A stretch of DNA of 64,000 bases from the human T2T-CHM13v2.0 reference genome, Homo sapiens. The notes beneath the pieces are model-generated. The model was given only the letters and a program-made list of their open reading frames with translations, did no database searches and was not told the origin of the DNA. This document shows positions 30,111 to 45,314 of this stretch, piece after piece. Where the stretch lies: the NCBI RefSeq assembly GCF_009914755.1, contig NC_060930.1. One strand, 5' to 3'. The position numbers were made by a program, and so were the translations under genes. Numbering within the stretch: position 1 is the stretch's first letter; each line of letters opens with the position of its first letter.

Positions 30111-31836
30111 CCTGAAGCATGTCTGTAGGTTTTCAGATTTACTTACTGAATATATTCAATGAATGTCTTCCTGTTGCCTGAAACTTTATTACAATATTAT
30201 TTTCTGATTTACTATAGCAGGGAAACTTTTCCAATTGCCACACATTCACCAACACCGTATCTTCTTAGTTTTCTAACCTCAACACTTGGAAGTTGTTTTT
30301 ATTTAATAACGTATGGATGTTCTTTTGACATGAAGTCTTTTGGTTCTTTCTTTTTACTACTGGCTCAACATTTTCACTCATTATTCCTATTTCTACTTTG
30401 GTTGGGCTCTTACTTTTAAGTCTGTACTACAATAGTACTACAAATAGCTACTAGAAAAAAATAGTTCCTCAAACATCTCTTTCTATTATAATTTATCCAA
30501 ATTTGGAAACAAATTCTACATAATCGAACTTTCTGTTTTGTTTTCAAGATTTTCCCCACTAGTTCATCAGTCTTTTATATGGCTTCTTTGCTCCAGCTAT
30601 ATATAGTATGTTTTCTGTGTTCAACTAGAACATGACCCTTATTGCATTCTTCCCTTTTCCATATTTCTCCCTCCACACAAATTGTCTTCCCACATCTTTT
30701 GTGTCTGAACTGGGAATCTAGTCTTTATCAAAATATTGCAGAACTTCACTTTCTTCATGGATTTCCTCATACTTGATAGTTCACTGTTCATTCCATTACT
30801 TGATGTTTCTAATATTTTGAATTCATACCTTTAGTCAGATTGAAAATTTCTTTAGTTACTTACTTTTATACCATTTCTTTTAAGTCAGCCCAGTGGCATA
30901 ATAAATATTCCTTCTGTATCATGCTTCCTATAGGCATACTAGATAAAATTAAGCATATCCAAATAACAAGATTCTTAAGTTACATGCTCCTGTTTGTGAT
31001 ATGTAATATTTTGTTTATTTTAAATGTTTAATCTGCACATTCTTTTAATTATTTTCCTGCATTTTTATTGTCTCCTTTATAGAAATAATAAGATGCTTCA
31101 ATGTGGAGAGTGTCTCTTTTTTCTTTTGTATTAACCCCCATTGTGTCATATACATTACTTTATGCATAGCATAATAGCAATTCATTTATTTTTCAGTTCA
31201 GTTGACTGTATATTAAATCACTAGATTTTCAAAAATCAGATTTAAAATTTGATATGAATTTTAAAGGTAGCTGTTACCTCTAAACTCTAGGAAAGGAATT
31301 GGAGCTTCCATAAAGTACTATAAAGTCATACAGACATTAATTTCCTAAAAATTGTATTTTATATTAAAAGATCCTGATTGGCATTTTGACTGGCATGGTT
31401 TCTGAAGCCTGCATTTACTAATACTATGTACAGTGAGTACAGTGAATTCTGCCCTTTAATGATTGAGGCAGCTGGCCACAAATCCTGTTTACAGCTCTTG
31501 GCATCCTAAATTACACTTATTGAGTAAACCACAGAGATAACAGTCTGAAAACTTACCGACTCTTAAAATACATGCATTAACACAGCTGTATCTTACATTA
31601 TATCATGTTACAGCTATGAGACATTGTAGCTATTATGCTGTCCGTATCCTTACATTGGACACGAGGAAAGTGAAGCCCAAGCTCATGTGTCTACAATTCA
31701 GCAGAAACCAGGCCTCTTGACTTTTTCTCCAACACTGGCTTTACTGCATTCTGCCAAGATGGTATATATAAAATATAATATCAGTTTTTATGCCACGAAG
31801 TTTTGACACAGATGTAAAATACACAGCAAATTTTTC

Positions 31837-33424
31837 TTTATTTTTTTTAACATTCTATTTTATTTATGTCATTAGTGTTTGGGGAACAGTTGGTTTTTGG
31901 TTGCATGGATAAGTTCTTTAGTGATGATTTCTGAAATTTTGGTGCACCCATCACCCAAGCAGTGTACAATATACCCAAGGTGTAGTCTGTTACCCCTCAC
32001 CCCTCTCCTACCCTCCTTCTCTAGTCATTATATCATTCTTCAGACTTTGCATCTTCATATCTTTAACTCTCACTGATAAGTGAGAATATACAATATTTTG
32101 TTTTCCATTCCTGAGTTACTTCACTTAGAATAATGGTCTCCAGTTCCATCCAGGTTGTTGCAAATGCCATTATTTTGTTCCTTTTTATGGTTGAGTAGTA
32201 TTCCATGGTATATACATACCACATTTCTTTATCCACTTGTTGGTTGATGAGCATTTAGGCTGGTTTCATATTTTTGCTATTGCAAATTGTGCTGCTATAA
32301 ATAGGCATGTGCAAGTGTTTTTCATATAATAACTTCTTTTCCTCTGGGTAGATACCCAATAGTGGGATTGCTGGATTGAATGGCAGTTCTACTTTTAGTT
32401 CTTCAAGGAATCTTCCTACTGTTTTCCATAGTGGTTTTACTAGTATACATTTCCACCAGGAGTGTAAAAATGTTCTCTTTTCACCACATGCATGCCAATG
32501 TCTATTAGTTTTTGATTTTTTAATTATGGCCATACTTGCTGGAGTAAAGTGGTACCTCATTGTGGGCTTAATTTGCATTTCCCAGATAATTAGTGATGTT
32601 GAGCATTTTCTTTTGTATTTTTGTTGGTCATTTGTATATTTTCTATTGAGAATTGTCTATTCATGTCTTTTGCCCATTTTGATGGGATTATTTGTTTTTT
32701 TCTTGCTGATTTGAGTTCCTTGTGGATTCTGGATATTATTCCTTTGTTGGATGCATAGTTTGCAAATAGTTTCTCCCACTCTGTGGGCTGTCTGTTTACT
32801 CTGCTGATTATTTTGCTGTGTAGAAGCTTTTTTGTTTAACTAGGTTCCATCTATTTTTCTCTGTTTTTGTTGCATTTGTTTTGGGGTTCTTGGTCATGAA
32901 TTCTTTGCATAAGCCAATGTCTAGAAGAGTTTTTATTATGTTATCATCTAGAATTGTTATGGTTTCAGGTCTTAGATTTAAGTTTTTGATCCATCTTGAG
33001 TCGATTTTTGCTTAAGGTGAGAAGTGAGGATCCAGTTTCATTCTTCTACATGTGGCTTGCCAATTATTCCAGTATCATTTGTTGAATAGGGTGTCCTTTC
33101 CCCACTTTATATTTTTGTTTGCTTTGTTGAAGATCAGTTGGCTGTAGGTATTTGGCTTTATTTCTGGGTTCTCTATTCTGTTCCATTGGTGTATGTGCCT
33201 ATTCTTATACCAGTAGGATGCTGTTTTGGTAACCATAGCCTTGTAGTATAATTTGAAGTCAGGTAATTTAATGCCTCTAGATTTGTTCTTTTTGCTTGGT
33301 TTTGCTTTGGCTATGCAGGCTCTTTTTTGGTTCCATATAAATTTTGGGATTGTTTCTTCTTATTATGTGAAAAATGATGATGGTATTTTGATGGGAATTG
33401 CATTGAATCTGCAGATTGCTTTTG
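31837..33424 (-). mobile_element. 5'-truncated L1 (L1PB-like), ORF2 C-terminus plus 3' UTR
   Basis: Minus-strand peptides MQIKPTMRYHFTP...PAIPLLGIYP and MWYVYTMEYYS; degenerate TSD aaaat(a/g)cacagcaa(a/g)tttttc at 31816-31836 and 33425-33445. Confidence 0.92.
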
Positions 33425-33680
33425 AAAATGCACAGCAAGTTTTTCTTTGGACTTCTGGAAAGTAGTGGATTCAAAGCCAAAATTTGAGTTGCGTTGTTAT
33501 TTAAAATAGGAACATGAGGATGGGAAAACATGTAGTGCATGTAATGACGGAAAATATTCTAAATAATGATAGCCAAAGAAAAGTACAAAAACATAGTCAT
33601 TAAGTGATACTTTTTTTAGTAGAACTATATGTTATTATCAATCTTTTAAATGATTAAAATTTTTCCATTTTTTTCCCCAG

Positions 33681-35982
33681 TTATATGTGGTCATTTGAGA
33701 AAGCTCACCTCAGCATGGTTCAGATAATTACAGGACAACTTGTTGAGTCCTTTGATGAAGAATTTAGAACTCTCTATGCCAGATCCTGTGTCCCTAGTTC
33801 ATTTGCTCAGGAAGAATCAGCAAGGGTGAAGCATGGAAAAGCCCTCTGGGAAAATGGCACTTACCAGCATTCGGTGTCTTCATTAGCATCTGTTTCCAGC
33901 CAGAGAAACCTTTTTGGTAGACAAGACAAGATTCATAAACTAGATTCCAGTTACTTCAAAAACAGAGGGATATATACTTTAAATGAACATGACAAATATA
34001 ACATAAGAAGTCACGGATACAAACCTCATTTTGTTCCTAACTTTAATGGTCCAAACGCAATACGTCAGTTTCAACCCAATCAGATAAATGAAAATTGGAA
34101 AAGGCATAGTTATGCTGGGGAACAGCCAGAAACAGTGCCATACCTCCTGCTTAATAGGGCTCTGAATAGAACCAATAATCCACCTGGTAATTGGAAAAAG
34201 CCATCTGATAGTCTCAGTGTGGCGTCCTCATCACGGGAAGGCTATGTAAGCCACCACAACACACCTGCCCAGAGTTTTGCCAATCGGCTTGCGCAGAGAA
34301 AAACAACAAATCTTGCAGACAGGAATTCAAATGTTCGGAGGTCTTTTAATGGGACAGATAACCATATCCGCTTTTTGCAACAACGAATGCCAACCCTTGA
34401 ACATACCACAAAGTCATTCCTACGTAACTGGAGAATTGAATCCTACTTAAATGATCATTCAGAAGCTACACCGGACTCAAATGGATCAGCTTTAGGTGAC
34501 CGATTTGAGGGCTATGATAATCCTGAGAATTTGAAGGCCAATGCCCTTTATACTCATTCTCGGCTTCGTTCCTCTTTAGTATTTAAACCCACTTTACCTG
34601 AGCAAAAGGAAGTTAACAGTTGTACAACTGGCTCCTCAAATTCAACTATCATTGGTTCTCAGGGAAGTGAGACACCTAAAGAGGTCCCAGACACCCCTAC
34701 GAATGTACAGCATTTGACAGACAAACCCTTGCCAGAATCAATCCCCAAGCTCCCATTGCAGTCAGAGGCACCAAAAATGCACACCTTGCAGGTTCCTGAA
34801 AACCACTCAGTAGCCTTAAACCAAACTACAAATGGCCATACTGAATCAAATAACTATATATATAAAACCTTGGGTGTAAATAAGCAGACAGAAAATCTAA
34901 AGAATCAACAGACTGAGAATCTACTTAAAAGGCGAAGTTTCCCGTTATTTGACAACTCAAAAGCCAACTTAGATCCTGGAAATAGTAAGCATTATGTATA
35001 TAGTACACTTACCAGGAATCGAGTTAGACAACCAGAAAAGCCCAAAGAAGATTTGCTGAAAAGTTCTAAAAGCATGCACAATGTGACTCATAACTTGGAG
35101 GAGGATGAGGAGGAAGTTACCAAGAGAAACTCTCCAAGTGGCACTACTACCAAATCAGTTTCCATTGCTGCTTTACTTGATGTGAATAAAGAGGAATCTA
35201 ACAAAGAACTTGCTTCAAAGAAGGAAGTTAAGGGTTCCCCAAGTTTTTTGAAAAAGGGGTCTCAGAAGTTAAGGTCATTACTTAGCCTTACCCCAGATAA
35301 GAAAGAAAATCTATCCAAAAATAAAGCACCTGCCTTTTATAGATTGTGTAGTAGCTCTGACACATTAGTTTCTGAGGGTGAAGAAAATCAAAAACCAAAG
35401 AAATCAGACACAAAAGTTGATTCATCTCCTAGAAGAAAGCATTCTTCCTCATCGAATTCTCAAGGCAGCATCCACAAGAGTAAGGAAGATGTAACAGTTA
35501 GCCCATCTCAAGAGATAAATGCTCCACCAGATGAAAATAAAAGAACACCTTCTCCAGGTCCAGTTGAAAGCAAGTTCTTGGAAAGGGCAGGAGATGCCTC
35601 TGCCCCAAGATTTAACACTGAACAGATCCAATACCGAGATTCAAGGGAGATTAATGCAGTTGTTACCCCTGAAAGAAGACCTACTTCTTCTCCAAGGCCA
35701 ACGTCCAGTGAGCTTCTACGATCTCATTCAACTGATCGGCGTGTTTACAGTCGTTTTGAGCCGTTTTGTAAGATTGAGAGCTCTATTCAGCCAACAAGCA
35801 ACATGCCAAATACCAGTATAAATCGCCCAGAAATAAAATCTGCGACTATGGGCAACAGTTATGGCAGGTCTAGTCCATTGCTTAATTACAACACTGGTGT
35901 TTATCGCTCATATCAACCCAATGAGAACAAGTTTCGAGGATTTATGCAAAAGTTTGGAAACTTTATACACAAAAATAAATAG
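33681..35982 (+). CDS. FAM83B: FAM83B terminal coding exon (probably exon 5): end of DUF1669 plus long disordered S/P/K-rich tail
   Basis: Strong acceptor ttttttccccag|; phase completes ag+t = Ser, then [33 protein letters not shown]...[17 protein letters not shown]; open 765-aa frame. The ATG at 33685 is internal. Confidence 0.97.
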
Positions 35983-36278
35983 CTATTAAAATGCAAAATG
36001 AATGAGGCTATCAATATTTGTCCAAAGAAAATTGTGGACAGTCTTTGTAACATGCCAATAGATTTTCCTAAGGACAGAATTATGGGTATGATGTATATGT
36101 TCACCAGTGTCCTAGTATAAAGTTATTTTTCTGTGTGATAAAGTTAGGGTCTGCTGTAGATAGAATTTCTCTGTAAACACATTATTTGTAAGTGGTAATG
36201 GTAAAAATAATAGATGTATTTAAATCATTTTCTTTAGACTGAAGATTTTAAGTCTCACTTAGAAATTTTTGTGGACGA

Positions 36279-36306
36279 TGTATGGTGTATGGTGTATGGT
36301 GTATGG
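36279..36306 (+). repeat. (TGTATGG)4 tandem heptamer in the 3' UTR
   Basis: Four perfect copies. Confidence 0.9.
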
Positions 36307-36832
36307 ATTTTAACCATTTCCTTTTAAAAAGGTCATACTACCCTCAGTAACCCTTTATAACATGTGTTTATAGTGTTTTCATATCTTCAAAAATATAAGC
36401 AAATGGGACAAAGCCCTTTTTTAAGATTAACTTGAAGTTCTACGGGATAACTTGTTATATTTTATTAATATTATTTTTTCTGTGGATCATTGTACAGCTG
36501 TTTGGGCAACAGCAGTACCTTTTACATTTTTTATTTTTTATTTTTTTTTCTGCCTGAAGTGTTTGCAAAGTATCAGCCTCATGTAGTATAATGACATTCG
36601 TAGGAATTTATTTTCCTCAGCCTTTGAAAACGGTCTGGGATGTGCTTCTTTCTACACTGGACCCAGGGAGCTGTCCCCCTCTTACCCATAGGCTGCTGAT
36701 TTTTTATAGTCATTCCTTACTTCACATTTAGGACAAACCAGTAGGAATTTAGAAAATCTGAATGATTCCCCCTCCTTTTTCTATTGTATAAAAGCTTTTA
36801 GAAATGTAAATTTCTGCCTAAATTTTTGTTAG

Positions 36833-37154
<322 letters not shown>

Positions 37155-38874
37155 TCTTGCTCTTCTTTAAGTTGTGCCAAATATGATATGACTGCATAGT
37201 GTTTTTGTAAGAATACCATTGGGAAAATGAGAAGTTTTACTGGGCTAGTTCTTCCATGATTTGAGGATGATATTCAGATTATAAGATACCCTTTGTCTTT
37301 CTTACAGTAATGAAGTATAAGCTCCATATCTGTTCCAGAGACTTTAACTTGACTTTGCTTCATTCACAAAGAACAGAGTTCAAGAAGCAGTGCATCCTGT
37401 GAGAAGTGTGAAGTGTTTGTACATCACTTTAAATATATTACTTAATATATTCTAAGTTGCTGTGTGGAGCAGTATACTGTTGTTTTAAAAATGCAAGATT
37501 CAGACAAATTTTAATATTGTCTCATTAAAATAATTTAAATAATGGTATAAAATATCTATATCATTAAAATAATTTTCCATAGTGTTTAGAAACCATGAAA
37601 AAGAAAACATAGCAGGAGAAAATATGACAGGAAAAGAAAACCTAACAAAGCCCAGAACCCACAGTTAACCAAACTAGACTGACTTTGTTATTACCCATTC
37701 TTTGTTAGTATTGGATAGGGAATTAGGATAATGAGCCATTAGGCAGTTCTGAAATGGAAAGCCCTGAAATTTAGTGCAATGTAACTTTAAAACTGAAATT
37801 ATATAAAGAGTAGAAGTTTAATCATGTTTAATTACAACCAAAAGCCTGTTGCCTTTTTGTACAGAAATCTCCTTAATTTCAGGACATGTAGATAGCTTAT
37901 AGAAACATCCTTTTAAATAGTTTGTGAGCTCTTCCTCTTCAGTGGAATTGAGGAATACAGAATGCTTTATTTCATCATCCCCTGACAGGTGACTTAGGCT
38001 TTGCACAGCAGATTTATTTTTCTCTGCGTTTTTTAAAAATTGTTTTTCTTGTATCTTTTTTCTTCAAAAATATCTATATTTGAGAATATGTACATAACAA
38101 CTTTCCAAAGTCTCTGTGGCCAAAACCTCTCCAGGGATAAGACTGAGCAAGAATATAATACTTCAAAAAATGTACAGCTACTGTTTAAGTTTTAAACAGA
38201 CACCATCACAGTTTGTGGATGAAATAGTTTTAAGCCATATACTTTCTGTCTTTTTTTCCCCATATTAATATTGGGGGGCGGATAATATCACTTTGATGTA
38301 CATTGATATTAAAGTTTGGTAATGCAGCTTTTACTGTCTACATGGTACTGTACATTAGTTTTTAAGCAGAAACACAAGAAAAATGGGTATAATTTCAAAG
38401 TAGTTCTTGGCAGATGGCTAGAGAATACTGCAAGTGACCCTGTATCCCGAATACACAGATATCCCTCTATTACAAGTTTGGGATTAGCCATAATTCTGAC
38501 ATGGTGTGTTCAGGTATGGGTATATGTTGTCAGTCTACACTTGTGGAAGCAAATATCTTGTTTAATCAAGATGATGTCTAGTGTCACCTAAATAATGCAA
38601 AAAGTTTAATTCTGGATGAATTCAGCTTTACTCAAGATCCACATATTCAAGTATCATTCCACAGATATTCACAGAACACAGAAATATCTGTGTTCTGCCT
38701 TATGCCTGTGGCTAAGGGATGCAAAGTAGAATTGCTTTACATTGACTATATATGTGACATGTACGTTGCTGTTTTTTTTAAAATAACTTTATCATGATAT
38801 TCAGGTAGATCCTGGGTTCTAGAATATTTAAAACAAAAGGATAAAATGATAAACCAAAGAGTCAACTTGTTAAC

Positions 38875-38971
38875 TTTTCTTTTTTAAGAGATGGGTTTTC
38901 ACTAGTATGCCCAGTCTGGACTCCAAGTCCTGGGCTCAAACGATCCTCCAGCCTCAGGTTCCTGAGTAGCT
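38875..38971 (-). mobile_element. Alu monomer fragment (FAM/FLAM-like)
   Basis: agagatgggttttcact...tcctgggctcaaacgatcctccagcctcagg...gagtagct. Confidence 0.75.
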
Positions 38972-39037
38972 CAACATTTTATGTATGTACGATATTATAA
39001 AGAAATATTCTTCCAAATGAACTTTTGTTTTTAGATC

Positions 39038-39054
39038 AATAAATGAATAATAAA
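39038..39054 (+). terminator. Tandem polyadenylation signals
   Basis: AATAAA at 39038-39043 and 39049-39054; downstream 'attgtttttt'. Confidence 0.7.
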
Positions 39055-39364
39055 TAATTTTGTACAAACATCAATATATTGTAAGCTATTGTTTTTTTAA
39101 ATCTTCATACTCTGCATTTCTGCATTCAAGCTCAGTCTTTCACTTAGTTATTCTAATCAGGAATTTAGATGTGTACATATTTTTAAATGTTTTTTCCATG
39201 AACTTGGAAATCACATGTAAAACATTGTTTTGATTACCAATTATATTTTATATAGTAATTTATTCATATTTGAAATTCAGTGGCGATTCTCTTCCTTTAA
39301 GCAAAATATTATATATACACATTCTCTTTATTTCTATTATACTGTAACATAGTGGTTACTTTAA

Positions 39365-39738
<374 letters not shown>

Positions 39739-41197
39739 TAGCATTTGGTTTGAGTAAAATATTCTATATGTGCATTTGTATTAATGACATTAAGTAACCT
39801 ACAGTCTGAGAGTTAGTGAATTAAAACTCAGAATTTATTAGAAAAAAATATCCTTTTTATCACAGCTTATGAGGTAGTTGAAATAGTGTGTATTGCAGAT
39901 TAAAAGTTGTGTCCTTTTAAAGGCAAATGTGCTTTTTAACTAATTAATTATAATGAATGGTAGAACAAATTAATCATAAATGCCAATGTTTAAGAAAATC
40001 CTACTTCAGTTAGAATAGTAAGGGAAATGGATAAGACTTCACTTTTGTGGCCATCTGAAAGGAAAGTTATAAATAGGTTCAGTTGGTTTAAGGAGTCAAA
40101 GACCATCTTGAGTAATTGGACCTGGGAAAGACGGAAGGGCATTGTAGGGGATATGTGTGTATCCTGTCCAGGGAAACACTTGACATAACGAGAATTACCC
40201 GAGCTTCAAGCAGTGAGAAAAGCAAGAGATACACAGAAGAATATTTCTGAGTTAACAAAGGGGTAATAAGTTAAGTTTGGACATTCCTCCTATAATATTA
40301 ATGTTTCAACAATCTGGCTCATTTATTTAACACTCATACTGGGGACCTACTTTGTTCCAAGTGTGTAGGTTATAGTAGGCTTTTGATGGAAAAAATTAAA
40401 ATAAAAAAAAAAAGGGTTGTCTGGATAATCAGAGGCTGCCAGCAAGTTTTCATACATGTTTTAAGAATACCCCAAACTTACGGCAAAAGTCTATGTTACT
40501 TGAGGGCTATTTGTCCTAACTTGTTACTTAAATGTACTCCTAGTGCCTAAAAAGGGTGCACATAAAAGATACCTGATAAATACTTGATGTGGGAATCCAG
40601 TCATTTCCTTAGCTGCAGTTTGGAGAAGATAATAGTCCATTAATATCCATACATTAAAATGGGTATTTTATAACTACCTGAATAGGCATTTGTATTAGAA
40701 GATGTAGATAGGTTAATGCAGCAAGGGTTCTAGTTTAAACTTCAGCCACATTAACCCTAGAATCTGGGCATCTTTAAAGACCCAGAAGTGCTGGTCTTCC
40801 TAGGGTATATTTTTGTGCAGGAAAGAAAACCCCTGATGAATTCATCCTGAAGGAAAAAAGAGTAGAGCTTAGCAAATTAAGTTCAAAGGCAATTGGCACA
40901 TGAGGGAAGGGAGTGGTGATTTTGTGTTAGTCCTTTAGATTGTCAGCTAACATGGGCAGGTTGTGTGGGAATCTTAATTGAAGAATGGCTCCTCTAAAAT
41001 CTCTATAGTGAAAACTCCTGGTGTCAGGACTGACAGCAGCGAGCACCTTCACTGAGGACCTCAGAACACTCGACCTATTGCTTTGAACAGCAGCCCTTGT
41101 GCTCTTGTTGAAAGGTTATAACAACTGCAGATACAATATACAAAATTTGAGTTTGACAGAATGACCACTATTTTACTTTCATTAGAAAGGTAAATTT

Positions 41198-41390
<193 letters not shown>

Positions 41391-43080
41391 TTATCAGGGC
41401 TTTGTTTTAGAAAACAACATTCAGTGTATATTTTAATTTTAGTATATTTTGCCTCTAAATTTCTTTTTAGCATTTTAATAATGTGTATGTGTCTCAATTC
41501 AATTGGCAGATTCAATTAGACTCAATAGCCTACATTTTAGAAAGTATCTTCTTTTTGTTGTTGTTTGTGTATTTTTGGTTTGTGTGTTGGTTGTTTTATG
41601 CATTACCAAAATTTAATGTTAGTTAACTGCTAAGGCTAAGTAAGATAGTTATTAAATTAAGTATTCTAGTTAATTGGGATCTACCATAAAGCTAAGAACT
41701 AAATGTATTTCTATAAATGGAAAGTCTAAAATACTTGATTTCTTGTTTTTCTCCTTCAAGCAGAATATTTTGTTGCTTTTTAAAGACAGAAGGAAATTGT
41801 TATGTATTTTGCTAATTCAAGTACGAAAAAAAATTTTGCTTTACAAAGCATTTACAAAATGTGTTTCATGTGACACAAAATTAAACAGTACTGGCTACAC
41901 CATGTGCTTTCACAGTGCTTGACACAGAGAAGGGACTTAATAAGTGCTGATCTCATTTGATTTTCAGAGGAAAAATTTAAGAGAGATTTTGCATTATAAT
42001 TTAAGGCGAAAGACATTGTTTTGAAATAAAATTAGATAGAAATAGAAAAAAGAGCATGGAGCAGGTGAAAGGCCTAATATTACTTCAATCTTCTGGTAAA
42101 TCACTTTTTGACACTAAACTTATTTGTTCTTGGTTTCCTTCATATTAAATAAAACATTATATTTTACTTTATGGGAATATGTACATATTAAAGACATCTA
42201 CCTTATAAGTTGTGTCCCTTTGAAAGGGCCACAAGGTAAATATTAGCATAGATCATCATTCCTCTTGCATTGTTTTTTTACTTAGGTAAAAACAGTAATA
42301 ATATTTAAATTCTTAGTAGTTCTCTTCACTGGACTCAGAGTTTGGCAAAAGGGTAGATTTCCAGATGCTGGAATTAAAACTAAATATTTGAGAGTAAAAT
42401 ACAATGTAAAATGTCATCTAGCTTAAAATGTTTGTGTATGAGCTTGAAGGCACATATAATCAGAGGTAAGAGACTGGCTGGAATAGAGTGATTTAGAGGC
42501 AGAGCATGCCAGTAGCAGGTGCTGCTCCTAGTGCCCCCAAGATTGGACGTGTTCTGATGCAGCCACCCTGTGACATGCTTAGAGTAATGATGACTCCATC
42601 AGTCAGAATGACAGAACCCATTTCTTACTGTTGGAATCCTACAGACAATGATTTAAGACACTGTAAAATGTTTTAATACCTAAAAAGCCTGGGAAGTTAT
42701 TTTTAAGTTATCTTTATCTAATGTCAGGCAATTACAAGAATGGGATTCTACAGACCTTCTACCACAATAGTAACACATCTCAGTTTGGCTAATGGCAAAA
42801 TCTGCTTAAAGGTGGCAACCAGGAGTGATTATTATACATACTACATTATAGATTTCAGATTACTTACAAACTTCTCCATGTTAGACTCCATATTGACTCA
42901 TCAAATTCATGCAAGGCTTCTTTTCCCCCATAATATTACCTGATATATATAATCAAAAACTACTTATAGGTCAGTTTTTTTCAAGTGCTTAGCCAATTAT
43001 TTTCATTTTACATCTAGATGTTACCTTGTTCTTATTTCTCCCTATACCAGAGTAATGCATTAAAGAGCTAGGATGAGTTG

Positions 43081-43392
<312 letters not shown>

Positions 43393-43717
43393 GATGAGTT
43401 GGTATTTTAATTCAACACGCATACTATCAAATTAGCTTATACACATCAAACACTGTCTTCAAAATTATGGGGTACAGGCCTCAAGCACCTTAAAACACAA
43501 TCTGTAGAAATAATGTAAATACATAGGAACAATTATTGAAGGGTTAAAGATTATAACACAATGTATAGGTTAATGTATTCATTTTTATCTTTATGATTTT
43601 TAAATGTAGTAGTGTAGATAATATCTATTAAATAAGCCAAAAACTGATTTGTCACTATTTAGATGCCTATATGGCTTGTTAATATCAAGAACTTAGTGGT
43701 ACTCAGTTTTTCATTTT

Positions 43718-43866
43718 TAATATATTTATTTAATCAGTTAAAATTGATTTGAGGCCTGAAAATTAAGTCTAAGGTAATATATTTATTTGATCAGTTAAAA
43801 TAAGTTTGAAGCTTGAAAATAGGTTTGAGGTAATATACTTATTTGATCAGTTAAAATAGATTTGAG
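43718..43866. repeat. Degenerate tandem repeat, 56-57-bp unit, about 2.6 copies
   Basis: Unit starting taatata(t/c)ttattt(a/g)atcagttaaaat at 43718, 43775 and 43831. Confidence 0.85.
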
Positions 43867-44956
43867 AGTCCAATTAAGTTGGAGGGGACAACAAAAGAGG
43901 CAGTTCAGTGGGACTGCATAAGATGCAACAGTATCACTAACTGCTCCAATATAAAAAATGTTTATTATTTGTTGATGGCACATCCTAGGAGGCCTAGCTT
44001 GTACCATAGGAAACAAATGACGTGGGTAAAGGGAAGTGTATTTATTAATAAAAACAGAATGGCATTTAACTTTTTTAATCAGAAACAAATGGGCTGTACA
44101 AATAAAATCTAAGGAGTGACTTAGGATGCCTGGAGAATATATGAAACTGGAAGTTTCTCTGTAGTTGCAAAGCTAAAAAACAATCAGAATGTAACACTAG
44201 AAAGTCCAGCAAAACAAAGAGAATTGCAGATGATTATACACAGAACAGAACATAGGGAAGGGTGAACGTTCAGGAAGACTCTCTTTTTATGTTAGGGTCA
44301 AGTTTAAAGGATACAATTTAATCATCTGGGACAATATTGTTGACAATATTGCTTATTGTTTTATTCAAAGCAGTGTTCTTTATAGAGTCAGAAAAAAAAT
44401 TGTCCAGGGAAGGACAATATATGAAATCAAAGCATAACTTTGTCCATAGCCTGCCTTAGTCTTCAACTGTTTAGACCAACCCCAGAAAACTCTTCTGCAG
44501 CAGACTTTATGACAAGAACCATGTGATGAAATTAGAGTAACATTAGGGAGATGCTTAAAAGCTTAGGAGCTTTATGAGAAGGTTAATATTTAATATGAGT
44601 TATGGAAGATTTTTAAAGTGGGCATTGGATAAGAGGGAGATTAATTCATGCAGGATTATTTTATGACATAGAACAGTGTTTGAACTCTTTAGCAAAGACT
44701 GAAATAAATTTAGTGGTTCATCTTTAGTAGGCTTAATTTAAATTAAAAATAGAATAGAAAAGAAAATATTAGAGTGTGTTACAAATAGCAGCAAGCATTT
44801 GATGTCATTTTAATTGTTCATATTTGTGTAGGCACTGGTCATGATGGAAAATGTATTTCTTTTTTAAACTTTATTGTAGAGAATTTCAAACATACACAAA
44901 GGTGAACAGATATTTGGATGAATGTTTGTTATCCATCACCTGTCCTATATACCCAT

Positions 44957-45314
44957 TGATATGGTTTGGCTGTCACTCAAATATCATCTTGAATGGTAGC
45001 TCTCATAATTCCCATGTGTTGTGGGAGGGACCCGGTGGGAGATAATTGAATCATGGGGGTGGTTTTCCCCATAACTGTTCTTATGGTAGAGAATAAGGCT
45101 CATGAGATCTGATGGTTTTATAAGGGGAAACCCCTTTCACTTGGTCCTCACTTCTCTCTTGTCTGCCACCATGTAAAATGTGCTTTTTGCCTTCCACCAT
45201 GATTGTGAGGCCTCCCAGCCACATGGAACTGTGAGTACATTAAACCTCTTTTTCCTTATAAGCTACCCAGCCTCAGGTATGTCTTTATCAGCAGCGTGAG
45301 AACAGACTAATACA
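44957..45314 (+). mobile_element. Solo MaLR LTR (THE1B-like)
   Basis: tgatatggtttggc...gactaataca termini; 5-bp TSD cccat at 44952-44956 and 45315-45319. Confidence 0.92.

Noticed and set aside
33685-35982. 765-aa single-exon gene
   Set aside because: A strong acceptor lies 4 nt upstream and the phase matches the upstream exon, so the ATG is internal.
35449-36104. Overlapping and antisense ORFs within the terminal exon
   Set aside because: Short, with no recognisable homology; expected by chance.
43718-43866. CRISPR-like array
   Set aside because: Human DNA, and the inter-core segments resemble each other, so it is a tandem repeat without unique spacers.
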